DNA of 64,000 bases. It comes from Octopus sinensis. Taxonomy: Eukaryota. The notes beneath the pieces are model-generated. The model saw only the letters and a program-made list of their open reading frames with translations, made no database searches and was not told the DNA's origin. Positions 11,650 to 24,600 of this stretch are shown here, one piece after another (the first letter of the stretch is position 1; each line of letters starts with the position of its first letter). The stretch lies in contig NC_043004.1 of NCBI RefSeq assembly GCF_006345805.1, positions 33,480,001 to 33,544,000 of the forward strand, read 5' to 3'. The position numbers and the translations under genes were made by a program.

Positions 11650-11885
11650 AGTGTTGTGATACCTGTGTCGGTGGCACATAAAAAACACCAACCAATCGTG
11701 GCCGCTGTCACGTAAAAAGCACCCACTACACTCACAGAGTGGTTGGCGTCAGGAAGAGCATCCAGTTGTAGAAACACTGCCAGATCAGACTGGAGCTTGG
11801 TGCAGCCTCCTGGCTTCCCAGACCCCGGTCGAACCGTCCAACTCATGCTAGTACGGAAAACGGACGTTAAACAATGATGATGATG
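11650..11885 (+). mobile_element. Retroposon family C
   Basis: aaaaagcacccactacactc..gagtggttggcgtcaggaagagcatccag...ggacgttaaacaatgatg. Confidence 0.8.
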
Positions 11886-12810
11886 TCTCTGTTTTCTTTT
11901 TTTAGCTAAAGAATAGATAAAAACATGCCTTGGAGAATTACTCTTGATACACTAGCAGACTATCCAAGAGAACATTGACCTTCATCTGAGTAATGACGTT
12001 GAAACTGGGTATAAGAACAAGCTTTCTGAACATCTGAGACTTAAAAAAGACACAACAATAATGAAATAAGTACCAATAATATAATGGGTTAATCCAAATG
12101 GCTTTATATATATTACCGACTATATACTCTACTTGTAGGAAAATCGTTCCTGAACTGACTAAAAAAAACGCTTTTATCTTCCTTACTTTATATCTTTCCA
12201 TATTATTTTATGTAATTTTCAACAGAGTGAGACATAGTCTGCATGTTGTTTATAGATCTATATTAGGTAACAGTCTAATGCATTTATATTATTCCCTCTT
12301 TATCATTTTCTTTTTTTTCGTACCTTGTCTCTTCCAAAAGTTCTTTAATATCTGTATACATATCTTTGATCTGTTCTGCTGGCCTCTTCTTCTAATATTG
12401 TTTTCACTTCAAAGTGACTTTGCCATTTTTTAATCTCTAGCATTGAAGCTAACAAGAACAATGTGTAGATGCTTGTCACCCAGTGGGAACTATATTTGCC
12501 ATTAGTCTGGTTTGGCGGCATTTTGATTAAAGAAGATATCACCAATCAAGTGTAAGCAGCAGCAGCAGCAGCAGCAGAAAACAAGCTCATTTTTAAATAT
12601 ATCTCTTTGGAAACAGTTTTATTTTCTTGTACTCCTTTCTTTTATTTTCTGAATACTTTCAGTTGTTTCTTTTAAGTAAACATCTGCTGACATTTTAAAA
12701 GGACAAATGCAACTTAGATTAGGGTACTGCCCTCATATCTGGGTAGAGCTGCTGCTGCTTAAACCAGTGTTTTAATTTGACAATAAAATAGTCGTTCAAT
12801 TAACTGATAA

Positions 12811-13025
12811 AGCAGTTAGCTGACAGGATCATTAGCACACAGGACGAAACACTTTGTGATATTTCTTCCATCTTTACACACAGAGTTCAAGAGCTGCTGG
12901 GCTCGACTTTACCTTTCATCCTTTTGGGGTACATAAAATAAGTACCAGTTGAACATTGGGGGTCAATGTAATCAACTTAACCCTTTCCCAAAATTGCTGG
13001 CCTTGTGCCAAAATTTGAAACCAAT
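12811..13025 (+). mobile_element. SINE family B
   Basis: gactttacctttcatccttttggggtacataaaataagtaccagtt. Confidence 0.7.
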
Positions 13026-13479
13026 TAATTAATAAACCTTCTTTGATTGATATGCTACAACTACTCCCCATCTCTCTCTCTCTCTCTTTCTCTCTGTTGT
13101 TTCTACAACCAAACAAGTTCTCTTCTGAACTACTTAAATCTAATCATTAATATTTTTCTCTTCCTTTTACTCTGCCCCCGCCCCACTCCCCAAATTCTTT
13201 CCTAAATAATTTCACAAACCATTCACTTCATAACTGCGACCTTCTGAATCCCCAACTGACCCCAGTTCATTAATCTACAACACGTGGAGTAGATGGAGTA
13301 CTTTCTGTTCTTTAAGAAGAATTTACAATACAATTTTTGCAATGTTAGAGAAATAAAAATACAAGATTTTCATTAAAAATTGACTAATGATTTATATATG
13401 ATTTATATATGACTAATGATTTATTACATCATCATGTGTTTTAACTTGTGGAAGAAGCTGAACATAGGTTCAGGGATTC

Positions 13480-13645
13480 CTGTATGATAAGACGTTTGCT
13501 TTCCAGCGAAATGGTCCTGGGTTCGGTCCCATTGCATAGCACATAGCACCTTGGAAAAGTGTCTTCAACTATTACCTTATGCTGACCAAAGTCTTGTGAG
13601 TGGATTTGGTTGACATAAATTGAAAGAAACCTGTCGTATGTACAT
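13480..13645 (+). mobile_element. SINE family A, 5' part, diverged
   Basis: cctgggttcggtccc...caccttggaaaagtgtcttc...ttgtgagtggatttgg. Confidence 0.65.
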
Positions 13646-13705
13646 ACATATGCATGTGTATGTATGTATATCAATATCTATATCTATATATATATATATA
13701 TTTAT

Positions 13706-13745
<40 letters not shown>

Positions 13746-13806
13746 GTATATATGTGTATGTATAACGATTTCTGTTCAATCTGCGTTCAGCTCCATTTCT
13801 TCAATT

Positions 13807-13862
<56 letters not shown>

Positions 13863-14159
13863 ACAAATAGTGAGGGATTATCAATCCGGGCAAAATACTT
13901 CATAAGCGCTCTGTTGGCACACACCGGGCTAACAATATTACTTAGATTAGTGAAGAAATCCAAGCAGTCTTTTGGTAGAGTTCCAAATATGGTTCGTCAC
14001 AATTCTACATTGTAAATCTATGGATCGGCTCCCGATAAACTGGTTTTTACAGAGTGATATATAAGAAACTATTTAAAAATAATGATCACTACATATAATG
14101 CCTTGATTGGAGCAAATTTGGCTTACAGCTGTTTCCAGTGGTCATTATAGGTTCATTAT

Positions 14160-14375
14160 ATATGTGTGTGTGTGTGAAAGTGTCAGTGCTTGTCCCCCAC
14201 CACTGCTTGACAACCAATGTTGGTGTGTTTACAGCCCTGTAACTTAGCAGTTTAGCAAAAGTGACCTATAGAATCAGTACATGGGTGGATTCATTCCACT
14301 AAAAATTCTTTGAAGTGGTGCCCCAGCATGGCCACAGTCTAATGGCTGAAACAAGAGACAAAAGAATGATAGAAG
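14160..14375 (+). mobile_element. SINE family A, 3' part
   Basis: gcttgacaacc...aacttagcagtttagcaaaag...ccccagcatggccacagtc. Confidence 0.7.
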
Positions 14376-14790
14376 ACAAGAGTCTTCATGTCTCTGTTAA
14401 AGACTGCCTGCTAGACAGGGTTTGGTATGAAGCATCTAGGTTGCATGTCATGTGTAAAAGTGGACATGAGTATGTATATGTGAGTATTGCTAGAAATAAC
14501 AGTGATTGATCATCCATATAAATAAGAGTTTTGGAGCATAAATAAACACAGAAGAACATGCAATTTGATAAAATGTGAGAGAAAGCATTCTCTTTTATGC
14601 ATGCTGTTGTGGAACATTCTAGCAGGACATTTCTGATGCAAAAAATGAAAACCAGACAAAACTCATAGGTTTATAGTATAGGAATGAAGGTCATAATATG
14701 ACCTAAAAAGCTGGATTAATTAGAAATTTCATTTCCACCACCACCACCACCACTGTCACTGTTGTCTTTCTTGTTGTTACTACTGTTGTT

Positions 14791-14826
<36 letters not shown>

Positions 14827-15989
14827 TTCAGTCTGGCTTTCAATGTTGTTATCATCATCATCACCATTGTTGTGGTCTCATCATTTGCCTTTTATGTCCA
14901 CTTTCCATACAGGCATTGGTCCTTTAATAACATTCTGCTAATCCAAGAATAACAGTTTCGACAGAGATATTCTGTTAGATATTTATATATTTCTGAGCAT
15001 AGATTAACAGGAGGAATAACAGAATAACAAGTATTGCCCATGCTTACAATACTTTTCTATCATTAAATTTGGCAAATTTTCTTTGTCGGAACAATGTAAA
15101 ATGTGTATTTCATATGATGGAATTCTATCAAATTTTGTAATTAACGTGAAAAATTATTTAAATGAATCTCTTTCAGGAAAATTTGTTGGGAGATGAGATC
15201 CAGGTGAATGGTCACTTACGCCTCGAAACCTGATGTGTGAAATTTATTTTTTTTCTGTAGGAGGATTAATCTAATGTCAGCCTCTCCATGAATTGATCCA
15301 GAATTATGGAAACCCTAAAAGTGTTAATAATGTCCATTTTCTGATAACATTATAACAGATACTCTAAGAAGAGTTTGGCATTCATGTATTGAATGGAATC
15401 AAAAATGTTCAGATGCTGAAGGCTACTGCTTGTAATTTCAGGAATTTAAATAATTTAAAGTGGTACCATTCAAAAATAGCATTAGAGATTATCAAAACCA
15501 TAATTTATTTATATATTTTAGATATTCTAAATTATAATTCTTAAGAAAAGAGAAAGGTTGAGGAAATGGCTTTAAATCCACCCACCATCTTCCCATAACA
15601 TTCAACTTTATTTCGAAATTTTCTTCAGTTTTATGTCTCAAAAATCTGAGATTAGGATTCTTCAAAAGTGCGTTCAACTTCTTAATACACAATCCTGAAT
15701 TTTTTGTTTTTTTTTGTTTTTAATGTCAAAATTAAACATTGCAGGAAGGAGGATGTGTGGAACAAAAATCTCTCTTTTCAGAACAAAAACAACAAGAAAC
15801 AAAAACAAAAACAAAAGGCCATATACATTTTCTATATCCAGAATCATAATCTACTTTTAAAACATACTCAACCAAAGAAATTATTGGTTTTGACACAGTA
15901 AGTAATCTCTGATTCTAAGAACACCAATTTAAGTTTGTGTATCTTGACTTTGGGCCATTCTGTCTTTGCTAAAGAAACAGATTGCTTAC

Positions 15990-16007
15990 CTCTGGCAGTA
16001 GCAAGTT
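15990..16007 (-). CDS. Candidate 18-nt symmetric microexon (phase 1: ELATAR)
   Basis: ttatgtttcatAG|AACTTGCTACTGCCAGAG|GTAAGC; splice-signal inference only. Confidence 0.3.
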
Positions 16008-16426
16008 CTATGAAACATAATCTTTAGAGACCCAGTTACCACATAAACACACAAATCAAATTGTTTATGCTTTATCTGGTTGCAAACTAAGAAAGCAAAG
16101 TTAGGAAAATAAATCAATTGTAGGTCAACAAATTAACTGGAAATTGAGAAGTAATTTGATGGCTAGCAATTGCAAAATCAAATACATTGATCAATAAATA
16201 CATTGAATTATGACAAGTGCTATAGAGCAAACTGAAAACTCATTATAGGCAGAGAGCATAACACATGTTTAATCTTTAGTTGAAGCCATTCAATTCCTTC
16301 ACTGCTAATGTCTTCAGGAAAGGCAAGAATGGTCATTTCACATTTCCAATTCATTTCAATGTTAGACCTTCCATGTTATACATAGGATTGATTAATACAT
16401 GGATATATATATATATATATATATGG

Positions 16427-16493
<67 letters not shown>

Positions 16494-16505
16494 GGATATA
16501 TATAT

Positions 16506-16538
<33 letters not shown>

Positions 16539-17839
16539 GTGTGTGGATATTTATTCTATGTATATTGTGTGATTAAATTCCACCTGAGTGTATGCACATA
16601 CACTTGCATCCCATTTGCTTTATGATGTTTGACTCATTAAAAGCACTGAATCAGTATAACACCTGTATAAATAGTTAAACGTTTAATTTATATCTTTCTG
16701 TTTTGAGTTCAAATCTTGTCAGGTTATTCTTTATTTTTCATGCCAACCAGTTCAATAAAATAAGCATCAGTAATATACTACAATTCATTATATTAATTAT
16801 GAATCTTCTGAAAAAATTGGCCATGTAAATTAAGTAAAAAGAAATCAATAATTTTACAAACATACTGAACATTTTATTATTAATATTTCAAGTATTTTAC
16901 TAATTTACTTTAAAGGTTATTACATAGGTTAACTAACAATTAAACCAAAAATTAATATTCATAAAATAATATATATATATATATAGAAACCACTGAAAAA
17001 TATCTCATACACAAAAATTATTTTAAAATACCAGCTCTGGGATATAGTATTTTATCAAATTATGGCATAGCATTAAAGAAAGAAAAACAGAAGAGAAAAG
17101 GAAAGAAGAGGGAAGATAAAAAGAAAACTGTGGAAAGTTTTAAGAATAATTCATTGCATTCACAGATCTTAGAAATACTCATATTTCCAATCCTTTGCCT
17201 TTAAGGATTTTGAGCTTAATCTAATTATTTAATGAAATTTAATTTAACTAACTTTGCAATTAAAAGCTGCATAAAACATGGAGTTCTGTAAAAATTGATC
17301 TTGTTTGCCTTCTAGCCTTGGATAATATTCTAAAGAAAATGTTTATCAATACTTACACAATTATCAATGCTTTCTTTTATTACAGTTTTATATTTTTATT
17401 TCATTGGAGAAACATTTTATGCTGATTTAAGACACAACCATTTGTACTAAACAAATTAACAATTTAGCTGCTATTATTGAGGAAATTTTTTTCAACAAAA
17501 TATCAAATTATTTTTATTTATTAGTAAATTTTTTACAAGCTTCTCTATGCTGCTGTTTCATTTTTGGTGATATTCGTTTGATCTTTTGCTGTGAATATTA
17601 GATGTTTCATATAAAATATTGGATAAAATATTAAATCTACAGATTAAAATCTGACATTTCATTTGCAATTATTTGCTATCATTTCGGCATCCAATAGTTG
17701 TATTTTGAGCTTCAGCTGTTTTTTAGAAACCTTTGACGTTCTTTTTTTTTTTTTTGCTTCTATATATTATTTTGTAATTTATTATTTTATAAAGTTGAAA
17801 TGTGATGCAGGAGTTTGTGATGAAAACCACTGAACTCAC

Positions 17840-17869
17840 CTGGAAGAATGGGTTCATAAATATAAGAAA
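17840..17869 (-). CDS. Candidate 30-nt symmetric microexon (phase 1: xSYIYEPILP)
   Basis: ttctttctttctcactaaatttaacAG|TTTCTTATATTTATGAACCCATTCTTCCAG|GTGAGT. Confidence 0.35.
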
Positions 17870-17939
17870 CTGTTAAATTTAGTGAGAAAGAAAGAATAGA
17901 AAAATAGAAAAATTGCAAAGTTTGCAGTGGAAAGAAACT

Positions 17940-17965
17940 CAGATTACACACACCTACACACACAC

Positions 17966-18000
<35 letters not shown>

Positions 18001-18412
18001 CACACAGACATACACACATACAGACACACACAACACACACACACAACACACTCTCAATACAGATACACTCACAGACACACACAGATATACAGACACACAC
18101 ACACACAGACACACCCCTCACATGCACACACAGACACACCCAACACAGACACACACATGCACATGCACACACACACACAACACACCCAACACAAACACAC
18201 ACCGCACATGCACACACATACACACACACCCAATACAGACTCACACACAGACACACAGACAAACAGACACAGACGCATACACACACACAGACACACACAC
18301 AACACACACACACACATACTTGTACATACATACATGCATATATATATACATATATGCATATATTTCTTTGTGAGTGCTCACACATGTACTCACATATATA
18401 CACACACACACT
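17940..18412. repeat. Compound (CA)n microsatellite
   Basis: Directly visible. Confidence 0.95.
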
Positions 18413-20507
18413 TTTTTAAAACCAATATCTTAAAGGTATCCCTGTATACAATATCAAACAATATAGATTTGTAATGAACAATTTAAGAGAGCACAAAATC
18501 ATAATTTTTTTTCCCCCCATTGAAAAAAAAATCAACCACAATTTTTTTCTGCCTAATCAAATATTCGAATGCAATCATTAACACATTTAATTGGTGAGTG
18601 AGAATTATGCAGTTTGTTTTCTTTAAATTTAACAGTTTGTTATGTTTTTATAATCAAAATAAGTATATAAATGTATCAGCTGTGGTGTCAAATATTGCTT
18701 TAACATGAAAACATTTCTGAGATATTAGCTTTAATTCATAGAACTCTTTACAAACTAAGTTTGCAAACATCTTTGTGAAATGCACACAACTTTTTGATAT
18801 ATATTGAGGAACATATGTCTCATTTCCCCCTCTCTCTGCAGTCATCATTTTTAGTAACTTTAATGCTTTCAACACATCATGGCTCTTAACCATTCCATAT
18901 TGATGCAACCACTACAGAAACCAATTCCTTTGTAATTCACAACTCTCTACATCAGCTTATCTCTTCCTCTGTGTGTGCCCCAGATGCTCCAATCACTGTG
19001 ATCATTTTTCTCTCTTCTATGACGATAAATGTCTTGGCACCTGCAGGATCATCTGACCACAGTCTTGTCACAATTACCTAACACACATCCACATTGCTCC
19101 CTTCCCTCTTATTTCACCCCTTGTGGCACTTAAGGTCAGCTACTGGTTGGAGCGCCATTGACACTAACTATTTCTGGCAGCATACATGTTTTATTCTCAA
19201 TCCATTGGGAACGTCTTGACAGAGGATTAAAACACAATAAGACTACAATGTTCAAAGTCTACCAAGGGATTCATTCATTGTTGCTCTGCTGATGTTCTGA
19301 AGACAAACAAGGTCTATGATAGTTGGAGAAAGTTACCCACCTCACCAAAATTGGGAGGGTTTATCTGGCAATGAAAAACATTACCTGAACCATGAAAGAC
19401 AAGCTTGTGCATCTGACGGCACAACTTTGCAGAATCTTTTCAGAATTTGCTACAGTGATGCAGCTTGTCACAGATCCCCTCCAGCCAGTCAGAATCAACT
19501 CAAATGCTTCCTTATCAATGTTAATTTATCTCAATGCTTCCTAAATGAATGCTCACAATCGGAAACACTAAATAAAAACGAAGGGAATCAAGAAGTCTTC
19601 AGCCGACCTTTGATAAATATATATACTCTTTAACATGTATTCAGTACATTTTCTTTTGTGTGAATGAACCACTTTAAAGCATCACTTTATAAAAGGTATT
19701 CTTGAACTCACTCGACATTAATGGAGTGTTTAAACTTTTGTTTATAAAACCCAACAGACAAACAATCTGAAGAGACTCTTGAAAAATATGAAGAATGAGA
19801 ATATTAAACTTTGAAATTTCTAGAATATATATTTGCCAGTTATTATTATATTTGGTTGAATAGAGATGTTGTTTACATAACAATAGGATAAAAATACAAC
19901 ATATTTTAAGGATCTTTTGTCAGTTTAAGTTTTATCTGCTGAAAGAGCAAATATGAAAAGATACATAAAGAGATATTCTATTCAGGTTATTATATGAAGG
20001 AAAAGGTAGTTCTTACACAGTTGCCAACCTTGTTGGTTTTGGCATAAAATTCCTGATTCTGCTTACTTTCACATGGTTTCATAATTCGATTACAATAAAT
20101 CTACAGAGATTCTATAGCTAATTTCTTCATGGTATTTTTGTTTCTTAATACTATGTAAACTTGGCACACCAATGTATTTCTTGCAGCTAACATGCTGTAT
20201 TTGCTTTGCCATGTCAAAAATCTTTCAGTACCAAAATTTCCATTGAATATAGGTCTACGAACTTTTCTATTAAAAAGATGTCATGACATTCATAACTTTG
20301 AGGTGAGTCTTTGAAGTCATGTAAAAACAGCATTAACAATGTAGAGAAAATGTCAAGATATACTAAGCACAGTGCATTAGAAAGCCTTGTAAAGTAAAGA
20401 GATGTGTGTGTGTGTGTATGTATGTATACACACATATATAGATATATATATACATAAATTACATAAGTGTATCTCTCTCTCTCCAGACACACACATATAT
20501 TTGTATA

Positions 20508-20743
20508 TAGGGTGTTCAAAGAGTCTCTCCACAGTAAGTATTTAATGGTTTTCGGGTGATTCTTGTACACTGATCCTTTACTTACTTCCGAGAAAAAAAA
20601 AAGTCTGGTGGTGTTAAATTAGGTGATCTTGGTGGCCAAAGTCCTTTCAAAGTAATCTGTTCACCAAAACACTTTTGAAGTAGAGCCAAGGTGATGCACA
20701 GGATGAAAAAAATTCACTGTGGAAAGACTTTTTGGAGACCCTG
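20508..20743 (-). mobile_element. Mariner/Tc1 deletion derivative (MITE-sized) with TIRs and TA flanks
   Basis: TA|tagggtgttcaaagagtctctccacag ... ctgtggaaagactttttggagaccctg|TA; internal WPPRSPNLTPPDFF on minus. Confidence 0.75.
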
Positions 20744-20954
20744 TATATATATATACATATATAAATTAGAGAAAAAACACTATTATGCAATTCAAACAAC
20801 GATAGACATAAATCAAATCATAAATAAAATATAAAATATATTTTTTTAAAACATATTACTTGATCACAAAAAGTATAATAATGAATAACATATATATATA
20901 TATAGATATATATATAGCACTCCACTAGCACAGATGTCAGTCATCGCATTTGAA

Positions 20955-21210
20955 TTGAAATCAAAATCAAATTTGATGACTGGCATCCATGCTAGTGGAG
21001 CGCTAAGAGCACCATCCAAGTGTGATTGTTGCCAGAGCAGCTAACTGGCTTCCATGTTAAAAGCACCCACTACACTTTCGGAGTGGTTGGCATTCAGCTG
21101 TTGAAACTTGCCAGATCAAGATTGGAGCCATCTGGTTCATCAGTCCTCAGTCAAATCATGCAACCCATGCTAGCATGGAAAGCGGATGTTAAATGATGAT
21201 GATGATGATG
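20955..21210 (+). mobile_element. Retroposon family C
   Basis: aagcacccactacactttcggagtggttggc...gcggatgttaaatgatgatg. Confidence 0.75.
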
Positions 21211-21224
21211 ATGATGATATATAG

Positions 21225-21625
21225 TTACTTACTCGTATTTGTGGTGACATTCACCCTGGGTGGGTTGAGTCGGCTTCTTCTACTCATGGAAGAAGTTTCA
21301 TGGGAATATGTGGATTTCACAAGCGGTCCCCAACAATCCTGTTTGCCACAGACATCCTGTTTGCCACAGATTGTCCGCAGATGCAGGGACATCCTGTTTG
21401 CCACAGATTGTCCGCAGATGCAGGGACAGAACGACTGAGGAGCTGCTGGTTGCCGAAGCAGACACTCTGAGGATTTTCACGAGAGCCCTGTCTGCCAGGT
21501 TGTAGCCCTAATACCACTCGGTGTCAGACCAATCCGTCTTGGGTGGCCCTACAAAGAACCGAAGTTCCCGACGGCATAGCTTTGACACTACCCATTGCCA
21601 GCACCCCCAAAGTCCATGATGATAT
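21225..21625 (-). mobile_element. Non-autonomous RTE-like derivative (structured 5' UTR, no ORF) with internal 37-bp tandem duplication
   Basis: Minus: gctatgccgtc...tgtagggccacccaagacgga, recalled as the conserved RTE/BovB-type 5' motif; CpGs intact; perfect 37-mer x2 at 21353-21426. Confidence 0.55.
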
Positions 21626-21631
21626 ATATCT

Positions 21632-21857
21632 CTCTTTTACTCTTTACTCTTTTACTTGTTTCAGTCATTTGACTGCAGCCATGCTGGAGCACCACCTTTA
21701 ATCGAGCAACTCGACCCCGGGACTTATTCTTTTGTAAGCCCAGTACTTATTCTATCGGTCTCTTTTGTCAAACCGCTAAGTAACGAGGACATAAACACAC
21801 CAGCATCAGTTGTCAAGCAATGCTAGGGGGACAAACACAGACTCACAAACACACACA

Positions 21858-21903
<46 letters not shown>

Positions 21904-22058
21904 TACGATGGGCTTCTTTTCAGTTTCCGTCTACCAAATCCACTCACAAGGCTTTGGTCGGCCCGAGGCTATAGTAGAAAACACTTGCCCAAGGTACCAC
22001 GCAGTGGGACTGAACCCGGAACCATGTGGTTGATAAACAAGCTACTTACCACACAGCC
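21632..22058 (-). mobile_element. SINE family A, near full length
   Basis: Head-to-tail match to copies at 22280 and 29338. Confidence 0.9.
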
Positions 22059-22246
22059 TGTGGTAAATTTATATAAAATATAAATAAAATTTATAAAATT
22101 TAAGAAAGACAGTATATATTTTTATGAGCTACTAATAGTTCAATGCAATGAAAACAACTCAGATAGCATTTCATAACATGTCTGGTGCCTTTATGCAATC
22201 CTCAGGCTTTGACCACATGGCATAACAAGACAAAGCAGGACGCTAG

Positions 22247-22279
<33 letters not shown>

Positions 22280-22281
<2 letters not shown>

Positions 22282-22450
22282 CGTAGGAGTGGCTGTGTGG
22301 TAAGTAGCTTGCTAACCAACCACATGGTTCCGGGTTCAGTCACACTGCGTGGCATCTTGGGTAAGTGTTTTCTGCTATAGCCCCGGGCCAACCAATGCCT
22401 TGTGAGTGGATTTGGTAGACGGAAACTGAAAGAAGCCTGTCGTATATATG

Positions 22451-22485
<35 letters not shown>

Positions 22486-22680
22486 TTGTGTGTCTGTGTT
22501 TGTTCCCCTAGCATTGCTTGACAACTGATGCTGGCGTGTTTACGTCCCCATCACTTAGCGGTTCGGCAAAAAGAGACCGATCGAATAAGTACTGGGCTTT
22601 CAAAAAGAATAAGTCCCGGGGTCGAGTTGCTCGACTAAAGGCGGTGCTCCAGCATGGCTGCAGTCAAATGACTGAAACTG
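22280..22680 (+). mobile_element. SINE family A, full length
   Basis: ggcgtaggagtggctgtgtggtaagtagcttgctaaccaaccacatggttccgggttcagtc...cagtcaaatgactgaaac. Confidence 0.9.
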
Positions 22681-22920
22681 CAAGCTTTTCTCTTTGTCTC
22701 ACACAATTCAAGGTTCATGCTGAAGTGGCATGAAAGCCAAGCTGCAAAAGAAACTGTTTTAGTTTCAATATTAAAATAATGTCCTCTTCAAAACATTTTG
22801 AGCACTCTTTCTCATCTGTTCAACATAAACTATAGGATGTATACATACATACGTACATACAGACATACATACACACATACATACATTCATACATACATAA
22901 TTTCATACCTACCTATCTAC

Positions 22921-23484
22921 CTACCATTCACTCTCTGCGCATGATTAGACTCAGAAAGTTTGTGAGGAACCCATTGACCCAATTTGTTGTCTTTTCTGAT
23001 GGCACACGTCTCGCTGAATGGTTGAATGACCAAATCCAAGCTTCTCTGCTAGTTCCTCAACAGTTACGATGGGATTTTGTTCCACTAGGTTTTGCAGGAC
23101 GTCCTCGTTGAGCTCTATAGATCTCCCAGAACACGGCTTGTCTTCTAGGCTGTAGTTACCAGCTTGGAATTTCTGGAACACAATTGACACTGGCTTACAA
23201 CTATTGTCCAATCCCCATATACTGCATCAATATTCCTTGCACTTTCTGTTGTGTTGTTTTTTATTGAACTCATAAAGCAAAATATGCCCAATATGCTCTT
23301 TTATCATTTCCATTATAGCTTTGAAAAATAGCTGTTAAAATCGAACTGCACTCTTCAAAATTTGCACTATGAATAACGTAAAATTACTACCTGCTTTTAT
23401 AGCAAGTTGATGCAGGTAGTTTATCCCATCCCCCACCTGACTTTTAGTTCATGCAAGTGAAAAAACTGCATTATTCATAGGATA
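22921..23484 (-). mobile_element. Mariner transposon 5' half (HTH region plus WVPH motif)
   Basis: SLEDKPCSGRSIELNEDVLQNLVEQNPIVTVEELAEKLGFGHSTIQR then LGQWVPHKLSESN; end tatcctatgaataatgcagtttttt. Confidence 0.8.
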
Positions 23485-23540
23485 CACACGTACAAACATA
23501 TGCACATATGTACATACATTCATACATACATTCATACACA

Positions 23541-23572
<32 letters not shown>

Positions 23573-23744
23573 CACATACATACATACATATATAATTTTT
23601 ACCTCTACATCATCTTGTGATGCACCCGAACACATCATCAGTGATGTTTCCTTGTGTCATTACGTGTTCCAGGTCTTTCAATATCCAACACCTTTATTCA
23701 GAAGGTTCACCTGAAGTTGACAAATCCCTAGCTTGTGTCCAATC

Positions 23745-24140
23745 AACTCTACCCCTGACAGCACTGTCCCTTGCGGGGCTCTTACCTCTCTCTGAACAGC
23801 CACCTTGAAGAAACCTCTACTGCCTCCACAGCCTACAGGATGGCATTCTGCCTACTAGCCCCTGTAGTGCCAAACATACTATTCTCTGAAGCAGAATAGG
23901 CTGGAAAACTCTCTGTGATCCCTTTCAGATGTGATCATATTTTGCTTGCCATCCATAGCTTTGGTATAATTCCATGAGCTCAGCATATTTCCTCCTTGTG
24001 TTTGTCTTTTGAATGTGATGCTTCTTGGGAAGAGAGAGTTCCAACAGAACTTCCTGCTTGGATGCTTCTGCATTCCCTGTCTGGCCTCAGGGATGTCGAG
24101 GGGACAGTTTCTGGGAACTGCAGCTGTTTCTTCTTGTCAA
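23745..24140 (-). mobile_element. Degenerate RLE-clade (Hero/R2-like) LINE C-terminus
   Basis: Frameshifted FPETVPSTSLRPD...EVLLELS...RKYAELMELYQSYGW...GTTGASRQNAI..EAVEVSSRWLFRE. Confidence 0.5.
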
Positions 24141-24278
24141 CTTTCAGCTCCTAGTCACATGACTAAATTATAAAAGGTTTCCTAGTGAACTGTCTTGACT
24201 AGATCTTGAATTTTTCTCTTGACATTTTGAGACAAAGAGAAAAAGCTCTCAGTTTCAGTTGCAACTATACACACACAG

Positions 24279-24351
<73 letters not shown>

Positions 24352-24419
24352 CACACACACACACACACACATCTATATAGAGAGAGAGGGTCTCAAAAAA
24401 CACACGCACGCACACACGT

Positions 24420-24600
24420 CTCTTCAGTTTATAAGAATTTTTAATGTACTGTGTTGAGTATATCTTAACATTTTCTCTACAGTCTTAATATTGTTTTCGC
24501 ATCATGACTTCAACGATTCACCTCAAAATTATAAATGTCATGACATCTTTTCAACAGCAAAGTTCATCAGCCTACGTTCAATGGAGATTTTGCAGGTAGG
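24420..24600 (+). repeat. Interspersed repeat fragment, inverted relative to a copy at ~20225-20400
   Basis: catgacttcaacgattcacctcaaaattataaatgtcatgacatc matches the reverse complement of 20270-20325. Confidence 0.6.

Noticed and set aside
12325-12400. Exon-like KRPAEQIKDMYTDIKELLEET with an AAG|GTACGA donor
   Set aside because: No polypyrimidine acceptor; the surrounding frames resemble a decayed RTE C-terminus.
21336-21426. CRISPR-like 37-bp repeat
   Set aside because: Adjacent tandem copies with no spacers, eukaryotic context and no cas genes.
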